DNA of 64,000 nt from Octopus sinensis (taxonomy: Eukaryota): positions 99,696,001 through 99,760,000 of the forward strand of contig NC_043002.1 of NCBI RefSeq assembly GCF_006345805.1. The letters are read 5' to 3'. Both the position numbers and the translations under genes were made by a program. Under the pieces are notes generated by a model that was not told the origin of the DNA, searched no databases, and was given only the letters and a program-made list of their open reading frames with translations. Shown here in pieces: positions 51,584-64,000 of this stretch. Position 1 is the stretch's first letter. Each line of letters starts with the position of its first letter.

Positions 51584-53854
51584 AACAATCCATCATTCAT
51601 TTTCTACCCACATTTAAATGGGTGAACTATTGAGTTATGTATTATTCCTTCAGAATCATGGAAGTAATAGTAAAAATACAAACTCATGAAAATAGACTAT
51701 TTGAAATATTTCTGTCGTGTTTATCATTTTCAGCATGTAGATTCTAACATGATAGTATGATTTAAATCATTGTTTCTTGTTCAGAAAACCAAACGTAAAG
51801 ATCTCAATGATTTGTTAAGTAAGACCTACCTTTAGGAAAACATAATTTATAGAAGCCAGGAATATTAATGATTATTATACGACAATTATTTATTTAATTC
51901 ACAAATATTCACCAAGACTCAATGAGGCTGAGTAAAAGTGGTAAATCTTCTTTGACAACATCAAGGTGAGAAAAACAGCCCTAAATCAAGTGAAAAACTA
52001 GGCATGAAGTCATCATGACTTAAAATGTAGTTATTTTCTTAAGCTGTGGCACATACAGTATGTTCATTCATATTAATCTTAACTAGGGACGCCTCGCAAC
52101 CATATATTATTTGCATCCAATATTGGTTTGGTTTTCACTTCTTATTCATTTTCTAAGGGATATTGGAAGAAATGATATTTCTACATTTTACTAACGGGCC
52201 ATAGAAAAGTGAAAGGAATTTAACAAGGAATTTAGTTTCCATTGTTCAATTTCATATCCATTATGATTTATACTTAGTTTTTCAGTTTCCCCTTCAGAGC
52301 TTTTTGGTGTATAAACAAGATACTTCAAGGCTAATGTATTTCTTTTTTTATATATATATATTGCAAACGGAAACTTTGAATTTATCTCTGCCTATGGATA
52401 ACAAAATAAACAAATAAGGGAATACATCTGTACACTTTATTTCGTGGTTTTCGCAGACAATGGAAAATTTTGCGTTTACACATTACACTATTTCTGGAAT
52501 GTTATATGGTAATGTATATATTGAGGAAAATGAATGTTTACAAATCGCTCAACATTATTCTACTGAATCTAATTCACCAAAGTATTTTGTGAACGCCATG
52601 TTGACCATCACATTCCGAGCTATTGGTGACGCTGTTTAATACATTGGAACTAAACATCTCATTGCTGCATCCACAGGTTATATTCGGCTAACTGAGTGAT
52701 TTCATAACCGTAAACCTGTGAAAATTTCACTCTCTTAAAGGTAGAGAGAAATCTAGCCTTAGAAATTTCAGTTATTGCTACTTGATTAATCCATGTATTA
52801 GCCAACAGAAATACTAGAATTTACAGTATTTAAGCAACTGAAAATTAGTGAAATGACCAAGCTATTATGAAATATATCCGATGGTGGCAAAAGTGTTTTT
52901 AAAAATTATACTTGAAATATTATAGGATTGTCGATTTAAAAAAAAACAACCATTTTCAGTCGTTGACTTTACATATAAAATAAGATATTAATTTGTCCGA
53001 AGTTTTTAAGTTCATTTAAAATTTTCAAATGACTTCAAATAATAGAGGTTTGTATTTCTTTACGTATTGTCAGAGAAAACATCATTGTCTGTATTTCAAT
53101 ATCATTCGAAATTTTTCTTCTTTCTTTTGTCTGTAGATATAGTCTGTTGTATCATTCTACATAACTCCATATGTTTTAGGAATTTTGTTTTAGACTTGGA
53201 ATATTGATTAAATGTCTGAATGTTGTTGTTTTTTTTATATATAATATTTTATTTTTATATAATTTAGAAACAAATGTCCCGCAGAAACCAACTAAGCAAA
53301 ATTCGAAATTGATTTTACCAAAGATTTCTAGAGATACACTTTTTACATTTCGTTTTCACTTGTCATAGGCAAGTTGATTGGTCTCTCAGCGCCTTTCTTA
53401 TTAGTATCTCAGTGTTGTTTAATGAACAGTCAAAACCTTAATAAAGAGCAGTATACTTATAAAAGCAAGTTAGATAGCAGTTTTGCAACGGCATTAATCG
53501 TTCAATGAGATTATTATAATTTACTTTAATCATAAGGATAAACGATTCACACAGATATATCAGAATTGAATTATCCATGAAATATAAATTCGGGAGTCCG
53601 ATCTTGAGTCTGAATTTGTCAGGCTCGAAGTAGCAATGAACAATTTCCTATAATTTTTACTACCTACAAGGCAAAGTTGTTTAATCGTAATATGGAATAC
53701 TGTTGCCTTTCATCCTATCGATAAAGAAGTACCAATCTAGAGCAGTGGATTATAAGTTGTTAGCAGTAGCTGATTGAGCAATTTATGCACGGACATCACT
53801 GGTATGAAGTTGTATCAGACTAGATCGGCAATCATTCCCTTCAATAAATATCCG

Positions 53855-54087
53855 TTTCTTTATTGCCCACAAGGGGCTACACACAGAGGAGACAAACAAG
53901 GACAGACAAACGGATTAAGTCGATTACATCGACCCCAATGCGTAACTGGTACTTAATTTATCGACCCCGAAAGGATGAAAGGCAAAGTCGACCTCGGCGG
54001 AATTTGAACTCAGAACGTAACGGCAGACGAAATACAGCTACGCATTTCGCCCGGCGTGCTAACGTTTCTGCCAGCTCGCCGCCTTAA
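53855..54087 (-). mobile_element. Full-length SINE family C, alternative tail
   Basis: Head AAGGCGGCGAGCTGGCAGAAACGTTAGCACGCCGGGCG; core GAGTTCAAATTCCGCCGAGGTCGACTTTGCCTTTCATCCTTTCGGGGTCGATAAA; tail CCCCTTGTGGGCAATAAAGAAA; CCCTTCAATAAATATC on both flanks. Confidence 0.9.
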
Positions 54088-55506
54088 AATAAATATCGCC
54101 CTTCAATAAATATCGTTGCCGTAGAGGGGGAAGAGCTGTATGCATGAACAACGGCGAAACCTCCTCAAAGAATCTTAACTAGCGATATACGTATACATGT
54201 GCAGCTGCATGGACCGATAAAGTCCCTAGGATATGCAAAATTCTTCCTCCTAATGTTAAGTAAATTTAATTGAACTTTAAACAATGTAATAATTTACCCT
54301 TTGTGAAGAATAACTTTGGTAATCGAAAATGGTGTGACACCCAAATCATTTATTTCGTTTCCAATCCGTATTTTGATTATTTCAGTCAATGAATTCTATT
54401 GCTTTTAAAATTATTGTATTTACTGTTTAATACAGCAAACTTTATATACGTACTCACTGAAAAGTAGGGGTTATTATCATCATTTATACTCCAATGAATT
54501 CGATTAAGATTCTTCTCTGTATTTTTACTTTTAACGCAACTGTTTATACTGTTAGTGGGTAGCATTGTTGACGACGTTTAGAAATTAACGTTTTCCTCTT
54601 TAAAATAGAATTGTCGCCGGCACAGATCACCACCAGTCTCTCTCTCTCTTTCTTTCCTAATCTCTCTCTCACTTCCTCCCTCTTTTTCTTGCACACTGGA
54701 TTATTGTCACTGTTTCGAAGACGAGAAGACTTTAGCTTCGTTCCGCCATGGTAAATGCAACACAAGAATGCAACGGGTGTTTCGTTAAATACCATTTATG
54801 ACTCGAAGTCCTCAGTATTCGTTTCAGCTATGGATAGGGTAAAATGATAAAAATATGGTTGTTTTAAATAGATTCCATAACACAATATCAAAATGTATTC
54901 GATTTGAAAGCATTGCTAAAATACTGCTAAATTAAAATTATATTTGGAAGATTTCAGTTACCTTCAGATGATCTAACTCTTTTCCAGCGGGATTATTATT
55001 CATATAAAGCATAAAAGAAGACATCTTTTAGGAAACGATACTAAGATTTATTTAAAACTGCTTTATGTCTCAAAAAGTATTCTTTTAAACCCAGTTTTTC
55101 TATATACTTCCACAGGAGAAAGTGGAACAAAAGTACAAAACATTTTACAAACATTAGATTTTGCAAATGTTACACAGTTTTAAAACTTTCATATTTTCTT
55201 AAAGTTTACATTTATTTTATTTCTATGTGCATTTGTGTTAAAAAAGAATGCATTTCCAAGAAAATATATAGTTGATTTATTAATTATTAATATATTTGAA
55301 CACACCGAAGGATATGAAATACGGATGCAGTCTCTATACTTGACGATCGTTAATTAGTAATAGGTATATTATCTACGTTATGTTTCTCTCTTTCAAGTTA
55401 GAAAGATTATGATTTTGTTTTTTGTTCTTTTTTTGCGTGTACGAATATTCCTAGAAATATATTACTGTTATATTGGATATGTATATTTCTACATGTTATA
55501 TACAAA

Positions 55507-55574
<68 letters not shown>

Positions 55575-56143
55575 TATATAATACGATTTATTAATGTTTT
55601 GTATAGTGCCATTCAAATGAAATAATGGAGTTCCAGATTAAATAGCTTTAGTATTTACATTCGTCTGTTGGCATAGGTGTATCGAGCAACAATTATGCAA
55701 ATCCTGATTTTCATTACTGCTATGTTGATAACTATTAATGACATACAAAGATTATTTTAACCGACTATATTTAATTTTGCATTTAAAAGAAAATATAGAG
55801 ATAGATCTTGGGAACGATTAAACTGCTATATTAATCTGCTATATAGAAAATGTTTGTCTTGGAGAAGAGTTCAAAACCAACTGGTATACCATCATTAAAT
55901 GCATTCTACTGTACGGTTCCTTTTCTCCTAGTGTATCAAATCAACACACTTTACTCAAGCTCCCAATGAAATTAGGGAATGGATTTACTTCACAACTTCT
56001 GATGCATATGTCGTTAGTTTGTATTTGCCATTTAGTGGACACGGTGAAACGGTTATGATAATCATATTTGGGTAATAGTTTGCACTCGTAACGTCATGTA
56101 CAGTTAATAGTATTATAATATAATTAATGATATTATGATGTGA

Positions 56144-56345
56144 AGGCGCATGGCTCAGTGATTAGAGCGTCGAGGTAAGGACCAAGACATTTTGTTTCAT
56201 ATTACTCCAGTTCACTCAGCTGTAGAAATGAGTTGCGATGTCACTGATGACTTTGCTTTCCATAAACACACTTGCCCGGTTTTGTGCCCCGGAGGACAAC
56301 TTTCTAGGTGCAATGCCATAGTCATTCTTGCCCGAAGGGGGTCTA
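56144..56345 (+). mobile_element. SINE family D with internal deletions
   Basis: AGGCGCATGGCTCAGTGATTAGAGCG head; CCAGTTCACTCAGCTGTAGAAATGAGTTGCGA; TTTCTAGGTGCAATGCCATAGTC tail. Confidence 0.7.
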
Positions 56346-56349
56346 TACC

Positions 56350-57370
56350 ATTTAGTATGTACCAGAACGGCATATCCCTGGTGACAGCAATACGATAAAT
56401 CGTATTTCTTGTTGATGGATACTGCAGATTGGTGGAGAACATGCAATTTTTCACGGAGGCAGAGGTAGCATCTTGGAGATCCGGGTCTCTGGAGAGTCCG
56501 CGATCTCTGAGATGAAATACCCAGCATCAAGTGAACTATTGTCGACAGAGCGCCAGTATATTCAACCGGCGACCCCAACTGCCAGTTCTGCCTCCGTGTA
56601 AAACTGCATATCTTCCAGTAGTCATCAACAAGAAAAACGATTTATCGTGTTGTTGTCACCAGAGCAAATTCCTGGCAATTTCTGGCAAATTTCTAGCAAT
56701 TTTCCGACCTCTGCTGCTACTAGGCACTGCCTGCACCAAGGTCACCACTACCAGCCAACCCCATGAGCAGGACTACTAATTATCAATCCCCAATGATTAC
56801 CAACCACCAACGCTTGTTTAACGCGTGTATACTTGCGAACGCACGCGTGCGAATACATACATGCATGAGCATGCCTGTGTGCGCGCACACTGGTATGCAT
56901 ACGTGCATGCATGTGAATATATATATGTACATATGAATGAATACTCATAAGTGTATGTGTGTGCATATGTGCGTATACGTGTGTATGTAAGTGCATGACG
57001 CTCGTGCAACTTCGTCCAAGATTGTGCGTGTACAGATTGCTCGTGCGTGCATGTACAGATGCGCACACTCGCATCAATATACACATGCACACAAAACTAT
57101 ATGAGCGCATCTACACACCCACATATAGCACTATATGCTTGCAGATGTCACCCTTGCTATCCCCCACCAACAACCTGAACGACTTCTAGTGTATTTCATG
57201 TACTCCACGTGGTCAATTTCCTGCTCGCCCTAGTCGTTACTCATATACGACCATCAAACCACAACACCGCATGACCTTCCTCGACCAATCGCATCCTACC
57301 TTACTTCTGTCATTCAAACTCAAAATGGCTGACGACTAGCATCGCGCTTGAAACTCTAGAGTGCCAACAA
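56350..57370 (+). mobile_element. Penelope-like element remnant: GIY-YIG C-terminus, inverted partial copy, CA/GT-rich trailer and hammerhead-like motif
   Basis: Plus strand SIK*TIVDRAPVYSTGDPNCQFCLRVKLHI / VINKKNDLSCCCHQSKFL at ~56505-56685; minus strand RCYLCLREKLHVLHQSAVSINKKYDLSYCCH at ~56375-56475; both fit the C..C..EK..I...LNK..EL...C.H terminus of PLE endonucleases. Confidence 0.75.
57326..57366 (+). ncRNA. Degenerate minimal type-I hammerhead-ribozyme-like motif
   Basis: TGG-CTGACGA-ctAGCatcgcGCTt-GAA-ACTCTAGAGT-G-CCA: core boxes, palindromic stem III and 3-bp stem I; N17=G and stem II are non-canonical. Confidence 0.45.
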
Positions 57371-57723
57371 ATTTGAATCAAACTGTTTTGCTATATATAT
57401 ATATTTGTAATGATAAAGTTATTGCTGCTTAATATTAAAGAATATGTGTATTCAGTTGAGAAAACTGCTGTAGATACCGAGAACACTTTTTATCCGACAA
57501 AACAAGAGCGCTTTGGAGTCCTACGCAACGAAGTAACCGATGAGCATTTCAATCTTATTCTTTGAGAAAATCTCTCAGGAGAGTAATAAGTTATATTGCA
57601 TCGTAATATATATTGTCCATTAGTTGATGAATTTCATGATAGTTTAGTGACTAATATTTCATCATTCAATGGGGGGAAATGGTCAAAAGAGTATTGCTAA
57701 CATTGCAATATCTTGATATTATT

Positions 57724-57950
57724 AGGGCAGCGTGCTGGCACAATCGTTAGCACGCCGGGCGAAATGCTTAACGGTACATTCTGCCGCTACATTCTGAGTT
57801 CAAATTCCACCGAGGTCGACTTTGCCTTTCAGCCTTTCGGGATCGATTAAATAAGTACCGGTTACGCACTGGAGTCGATGTAATCCACTTAATATTGTTG
57901 TCCTTGCTTTTCCCCTCTGTGTTTAGCCCCCAGTGGGCCATAAACAAATA
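57724..57950 (+). mobile_element. SINE family C, alternative tail
   Basis: Homologous to the reverse complement of 53855-54087. Confidence 0.88.
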
Positions 57951-58151
57951 AATATTTTGATATTATCATCTAAAAGAAAAAAATCAAAATTATGCATGTG
58001 CAATATTTTTCTACTTGCTTAGGTGAAGGGGAATACACACTTGAATTTAGTTCCATAATATGATAGCGAGACATTGATTGATATTTTAATCATAGTTCTC
58101 TAATAATATTTATTGCAAGCACTACTTGAAATATGGCATTATGAAATATAT

Positions 58152-58227
<76 letters not shown>

Positions 58228-58249
58228 ATCATGTATATAATATATAAAA

Positions 58250-59829
58250 CTAGCAATATCGCCTGACGTTGCTCGGGTTTGTAAGGGAAATAACTATATA
58301 AGCATTTTTAGTGAGTTATAGCAAATAATAGCAACAAATGCATTAAAAATGGAATAAAAAATGATGGTAATTTTTTAAAAATCGTTGACTCATCGTAGAC
58401 ATTTTTAGAGAGTTACTTCCCTTATATAATAGTGAAAAATGCATTAAAATGGAAAAAATGATGGTAATTTTTTTTTTAATCGTAGACTCATCGTAGACGC
58501 GCGCTAATACCCAGAAGGGCTCGATATGAATCACGACTATAAGATACCCGGTTTTGGTTAAACTGCACCGCAAAATGTGGGAGTAGTAAGGAATCTAAAT
58601 CGTAGGAGACAGACACTCACACAACTTCACTTTTATATATATAAAGATTTGTGCAATAACTAAAACATTCGGTTGTGCAAATTGTTTGCACAGGAAACCT
58701 GCCCTGTGTGGCGGTTTTTGCCGTTTTTGTGGATCTGTTTCAGCTTTTTTAGCGATTTCTGTTTTGGCGACTTCAAGCCATGAAGTCGTTGTTCTAAAAG
58801 AACGCTGGTCTCCTTGACAACGCTTTACGACGTTGATTTCCCTACCCTGCCTTCCCCACAGCTTCACGAGGGAGGGAAGAAGGGGAGGAGCTACACAGGT
58901 GCAGGTGCGAGCATGAACGCCAACGCTGCCACCGACACACGAAAAAATTGGAAGAACCCAGACGACAGCTTCAACCACCACCACCACCACCACCACCACT
59001 ACCACCATGGCCACCACCACCACTACGCCCATGACCATCATCACCACCATCACGAAGACCACCACCACCACCACCACCATCATCATCACCACCCCCACCA
59101 CCACCAACAACAACAACACCACCACAAACACAACGAACCACCACAAACACGACGACCACCATCCCCGCCACCATCACGAAGAGCACCACCACCATCACCA
59201 CCCCCACCACCACGACCACCACCACCACCAACAACAACAACACCAACACCACCACCATCACCACTACTAGCACCACCGCCACCACCGCTGCCATAACCAC
59301 CGCCTCCACCACCACCATAATATGCCTCTGCTCTCTCCTTTTGGCTACTAAATCCATTACCATATTTCACAAGTACCATCGCCATACAATATTGCCTTCA
59401 AAAGTTTGTGTTTGGATAATATTTTTTAAGTAAAAGTTGTGCAACAACTAAAACATTCGGTTGTGCAAATTTTTTGCACGGGAAACCTTCCCTGTGTGGC
59501 GTGTTTCCTGATTTTGTAGAATTTGCTTTCGGGCTTTCTTAGCCATTTCTGTTTTGATGTCTTCAATCCATGAAGTCGTTGTTCTAAAAGAACGCTGGTC
59601 TCCTTGACAACGCTTTACGACGTTGATTTCCTTACACTCCCTTCCCCACAGCTTAACGAGGGAGGGAAGAAGGAGGAGAAGCAATTAAAAAAATATGCGT
59701 TAAAATGAAAAAAAATGATGTTAATTATTTTTAAAATCGTAGACTCATCGTAGACGCGCGCTAATAGTAGTTAGGAATCTAAATCGTAGGAGACAGACAC
59801 TCACACAACTTCACTTTTATATATATAGA
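58250..59829 (-). mobile_element. Composite non-autonomous Helitron with two 5' ends and one 3' end
   Basis: A|TC..TATATAAAAGTGAAG 5' ends at 59829 and 58647; hairpin and CTAG|T at 58250-58253; ~250-bp direct repeats at ~58650-58890 and ~59437-59685 around a (CAC)n tract. Confidence 0.85.
58975..59320. repeat. (CAC/CAT/CAA)n tract inside the composite Helitron
   Basis: Directly visible; source of the poly-H, poly-P, poly-G and poly-V ORFs. Confidence 0.95.
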
Positions 59830-60989
59830 TATATTATACGTTATAAGGATTGCTCAAGAATTAAAATCCAACACAGACATGTGAAATTTGAAATCATAAA
59901 GTAAAACAATGAAACTAAATCTTTTTCATGTTATCACATTTCTGTCGTGTTATCGGGTTAATATTAACAAACGACTAATTAATATGACGAGGTTCTGCAG
60001 TATTAACTGCTTATTAGGGTACGTTAGGTTACTCACTGTCTCCCGAGAGCAACTATGGTCTCGTGGCATATACCATACTAAAACTAATTGATTTTGATAT
60101 AAGAGTTGGAGGGATAGAGCCGCACAAGCATACATTTAAGTAGTCTGGAGCAACGTGGAATAAAGCGATGCGCTTTAAATTACAACGCACCACTCAGTCC
60201 AAATACTTAACTTCGAGATCACACATTAACTTCATGTTTTCTGCTTTTCTTTTTCGAACAGCCTCATTTCCAATTTCACGTCACTTTTGCGTCATACATA
60301 TTACTCGACACATTGAGTGGATACCAGTGTTAAAACTCATAGTTACCACGTTAATTATTTGTCATATGATATGCCTTTATATACAGAATTATATCACTTA
60401 CAGATAATTGAAGACAAATCTAATCACAAGTTTATGCTGCAAGATACAGAATAAATGTTGCTTACAATTTCTCTCCTTCTAAGAAGGACACAAATTGTAA
60501 GAAATCCATTACATTGATATAGGTACATAATTGCTACTTATTTAATCCAACCACCTCAGAGGAACTGAAGGTGAAATTATCTGGTGGCATTTGAAACTAG
60601 GAACTATATAGTGTTGTATCAAAATACAGTAAGGCTTATATAGTATGGTTTTTTTAATATTTCCGTAAAAAGAGGCCCGCTTTCACATAACTAATAATCA
60701 GGAACATGCATAATATAAACATTTGCAATTTGTTTGTCGATTTATCGCTTTCCGTTGAAAATCAAAGCAACAAGTAGGACATTTGTTGAGAGAATTAAAA
60801 CTCGCAGCATGAAATTCACGCTACATGTGAGAATAGTGTTAATTTTTACAAGAGAGTTTTAAAAAATGCACAATTCTGACTTACGCAAAAACAGCATAGC
60901 TGTAAATGGTACTCGAAGGACTTACAATGTGAGTAGCTATGTCATTCAAGAACAACAATTCAGAGAAAGCTGAAATTATATAAATATCA

Positions 60990-61380
60990 TCAATAGATTA
61001 ACAGAAATCGCTGAACACTTATTGATACTTGGGAAGAGTTTGAGGGCGGTGAAAGAAATATATGAACTTTAGAAAGTGATGGACGGAGACCTTCCATAAA
61101 TGCCATCTATAGTGAACGAGAGGAGGTCAAACATTTATTGGCGCAGAGAAGGTTTGAAGAGTGGCGTCAGTAGTTGATGAATTTGTGTGAGAGAGTGACT
61201 GAGAGCTTACGCTGGTGTAACCAGACGTTCTTGTCGCTTTATATCCAAGTAAAAAGAACATGGTATCCAAGTGAAAGCAGACGGATGAATGAAGATGGTA
61301 TACGTGAAAACCCCAAGTGCAGTATGAATAGCAGAATTGGTAGCGTTAATAAGAACAAAGAGATGTATTTTCTTTGAGAA
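60990..61380 (+). mobile_element. Possible ancient LINE remnant
   Basis: Purine-rich broken frames (AIYSEREEVKHLLAQRRFEEW) loosely LINE ORF2-like; no diagnostic motif. Confidence 0.2.
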
Positions 61381-63476
61381 AAAAGATTTGTAACTTTTGT
61401 TGTCCTGGTAAATGAGAAAAAAAAATGAGAAAATGCTTCTAACTGACAATTGCAGTCGTTTGTATATATAGGACGATGATATAGACTGTGATTTGAAGAA
61501 ATTTAACCACTATATCAAACGTACCAAATGGCCACCCTATGTGAGCTAACAAATGAGGAGGATAGTCGAGTTTTGAGCTAAATTCTCAATTGTTCATAGA
61601 AAGAAGTGAGAATTGTTCAGTGGAATAAATATAATAAACAATTCAATATTTGGGGGATATTTAATATAAAGGTGCATCGTTTCTGGGCATTGCAAATAGT
61701 TTCCCAGTTACAACTTCAATAAATGTTGACCACTTTACAAATAGTATTTCATTTCTAAAAAGTGAAACATCCTTAATAACGGAAAAAAATTGTTAAAAAA
61801 TGAAATTAAAGCAATAATGATATAATATCTATTGATTTAGTCTTTGCATTTGTGATGATCCATTGATGTGAATCACTTTATAAACAATCATATTCTCAAA
61901 TGCTCTAAGGTTTATTATTCACTAATACGACTTACTGCAAAAAAAGTTCACGCTACCGAAACAAGTAGTTTTCATTGTGTCTACTTCTAGACAATGGCTA
62001 CAACAACAACAAAGTATCCGATGAGAACTGTTTGTTTATCATCTACGTCTTAATTTGTCATTCATAGACATGCGTATTAAATCCCGTTTGCTCAAATATA
62101 ACTAAAATCTATCATCATCCGTCTGAAGATTATATCTGCAGTCTCGAAAGTAAATCAGATTTAATCATAAAGGTTATTTATGCCCAGACATAATTCAATA
62201 TGTTGTCCGCCTTCTCATACAAATGAACACATATGCAGTTACGACATATATGCATAGAGTGACATAATCATAAATTTGAAAAACAAAAAAACAATAAACA
62301 ACTGATTTTCTTTCCTACTATTCCAGGAGAAAACATTTCTTTCATTGAAATAATGCTATTCATGCACACGCACGTTATTTAAATTAAAATGAATAACATA
62401 CTGTTAAACTTGGAAAGAGTCATAAAGACTAAACACTCTTACTATTTGTTGTTTGCTTATATTATACCACTTTTACATTTACCAGAGCAGTTGATACTTT
62501 CTGCCACAAGTATCTACAGCCTGTACAATGGGCTATATATTCTGTATTAAATGCTTGTATTTTAGTTTCCAAATGATTTTAAATCTTTATTATACACGTA
62601 AGCTACTGAGCTGCTTCTTTATGTAGTTCGCTTCATTTCATTATAGCTAACATCACAACGTGTATGAGGGTGAGTGTGTTGCTTGAATTTGATTAATGAT
62701 TGAATTATTTGACCCTTGTTCTTATATTAATGTGGTAGATGGTTGGTGTTATGACAAACTTGTCACATCATTCGTTCTTGTTTATGAAGTGTGTGATGGG
62801 TTCTACCTCCTGTATATGTATAGATTCTGTAAACATACATAAGTTCGGGTCCTTTGCCAGTCAAGAATGGTTATATGTATATGGCTCAAATTAATAATTT
62901 TGTACGGAAAAGAGAAGATATACACAGAACACACACACACATACACACACACACACGCACGCGCAAACACATACACACATTCATGACATACGTAGTCCTA
63001 CGTACATTTGGTATGATTATTATATGAACTATGGAAATTTCTTCTGCAAGACGCAGGATCGTACAAGAATTTCTTAGTTTGTTATGGGCAAACAGAATAT
63101 TCTCAATGTCGCCTTTCAGAAATGTAGTAACTCAGAAGATGTTGCCCTATTATATTGAATTATTTAAATATTAGCTCGCGTAATAACAGAACACAGACAT
63201 TTTATAAGAAGGTGAGTCGTAGGTCGACTCAGTTGTTTAATATGATCGCTAGCAGTAAAGTTGTACTCAAGGGTAGAATCATTACACTCGCACTCCACAC
63301 CTCATATATCTTACAAATATGTATATTATTCAATAACAGGTTGATTCAACTCCATGCAGCTTAGAATTTCGTAGACTTTTAGAACGAATCTATGCAACAG
63401 TAAAATGAACGGAGATGAGTCGAACTATTATTAAATGATATGTGTAATTCCTTTCTTTCGTCTGCCGTCTAATTTG

Positions 63477-63508
<32 letters not shown>

Positions 63509-64000
63509 ATATTATATATATATATATAAATTTATAAATGAGGGTGAAAAATTGATATTAATTTAATAATACCATTAATTTAACACCGAGTGGCTTAGCA
63601 CAAAAAACTACGGAGAAAATACAAACTTATACATAAATTATTAGAGTTATCCACATAGTGGTTAACTCTCTAATAATTTATATATATATATGATGAAATA
63701 AGGATACAGATACAATCAGGTACTTGAAAAGATATGCACCAGGCAGGATTAGATAAACCTGTGGTTGGTGAGTATTAAATAAGCTATTTCGGCTGTGTAC
63801 CCAGAGAAAACTAAACCTGTCAGTATGTAGCACCTAGAGACTGGTCCAAAGTACGCGTTACTTTGAATGGTACGTTTTTGGTATACTCTAAGGTGTCGAC
63901 AAGTCGTAACTCCTCTTGGTGTATTAGAATCAAATGAATAGTAACATATAATTGATATGTGTCAGCTCATTACAGCTGTTTCTTACGTATCTTTTTAATA

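Noticed and set aside
58595-59385. Long His-, Pro-, Gly- and Val-rich ORFs (up to 183 aa)
   Set aside because: Translations of a (CAC)n tract and Helitron cargo; open on both strands because the repeat lacks stops.

Overview
This is AT-rich, microsatellite-dense eukaryotic DNA with no operons, rRNA, CRISPR array or confidently identifiable host gene. The SINE families, LINE types and (TA)n/(CA)n/(ATT)n load point to a coleoid cephalopod, most likely Octopus; this is inferred from pattern recognition, not a database search. The window reads as intronic or intergenic and is dominated by mobile elements: a decayed 5'-truncated RTE LINE (24.6-26.7 kb, minus), a 5'-truncated CR1-type LINE (31.0-32.4 kb, plus), R4/Dong-type RLE fragments inside (AAT)n tracts, at least four tRNA-derived SINE families (working names A-D), non-autonomous Helitrons, a Helentron/HINE-like end, and three copies of a GG-terminated MITE with 8-bp TSDs. 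The most interesting observations are: (1) a Penelope-like remnant with an inverted GIY-YIG C-terminus that ends in a degenerate minimal hammerhead-ribozyme motif, plus a second half-motif at the window edge; (2) a covarying 3' stem-loop shared by SINE A and two CR1 3' ends; (3) one MITE flanked by an 89-bp duplication instead of 8 bp; (4) a composite Helitron with two 5' ends; (5) a pseudoknot-capable structured segment fused to a CR1 3' end; (6) a tRNA-like pseudogene with a Pol III terminator inside a tandem duplication. Most ORFs in the supplied track are microsatellite or SINE artefacts. A few splice-bounded candidate exons are listed at low confidence. Element boundaries are read by eye and are approximate unless TIRs or TSDs are quoted.
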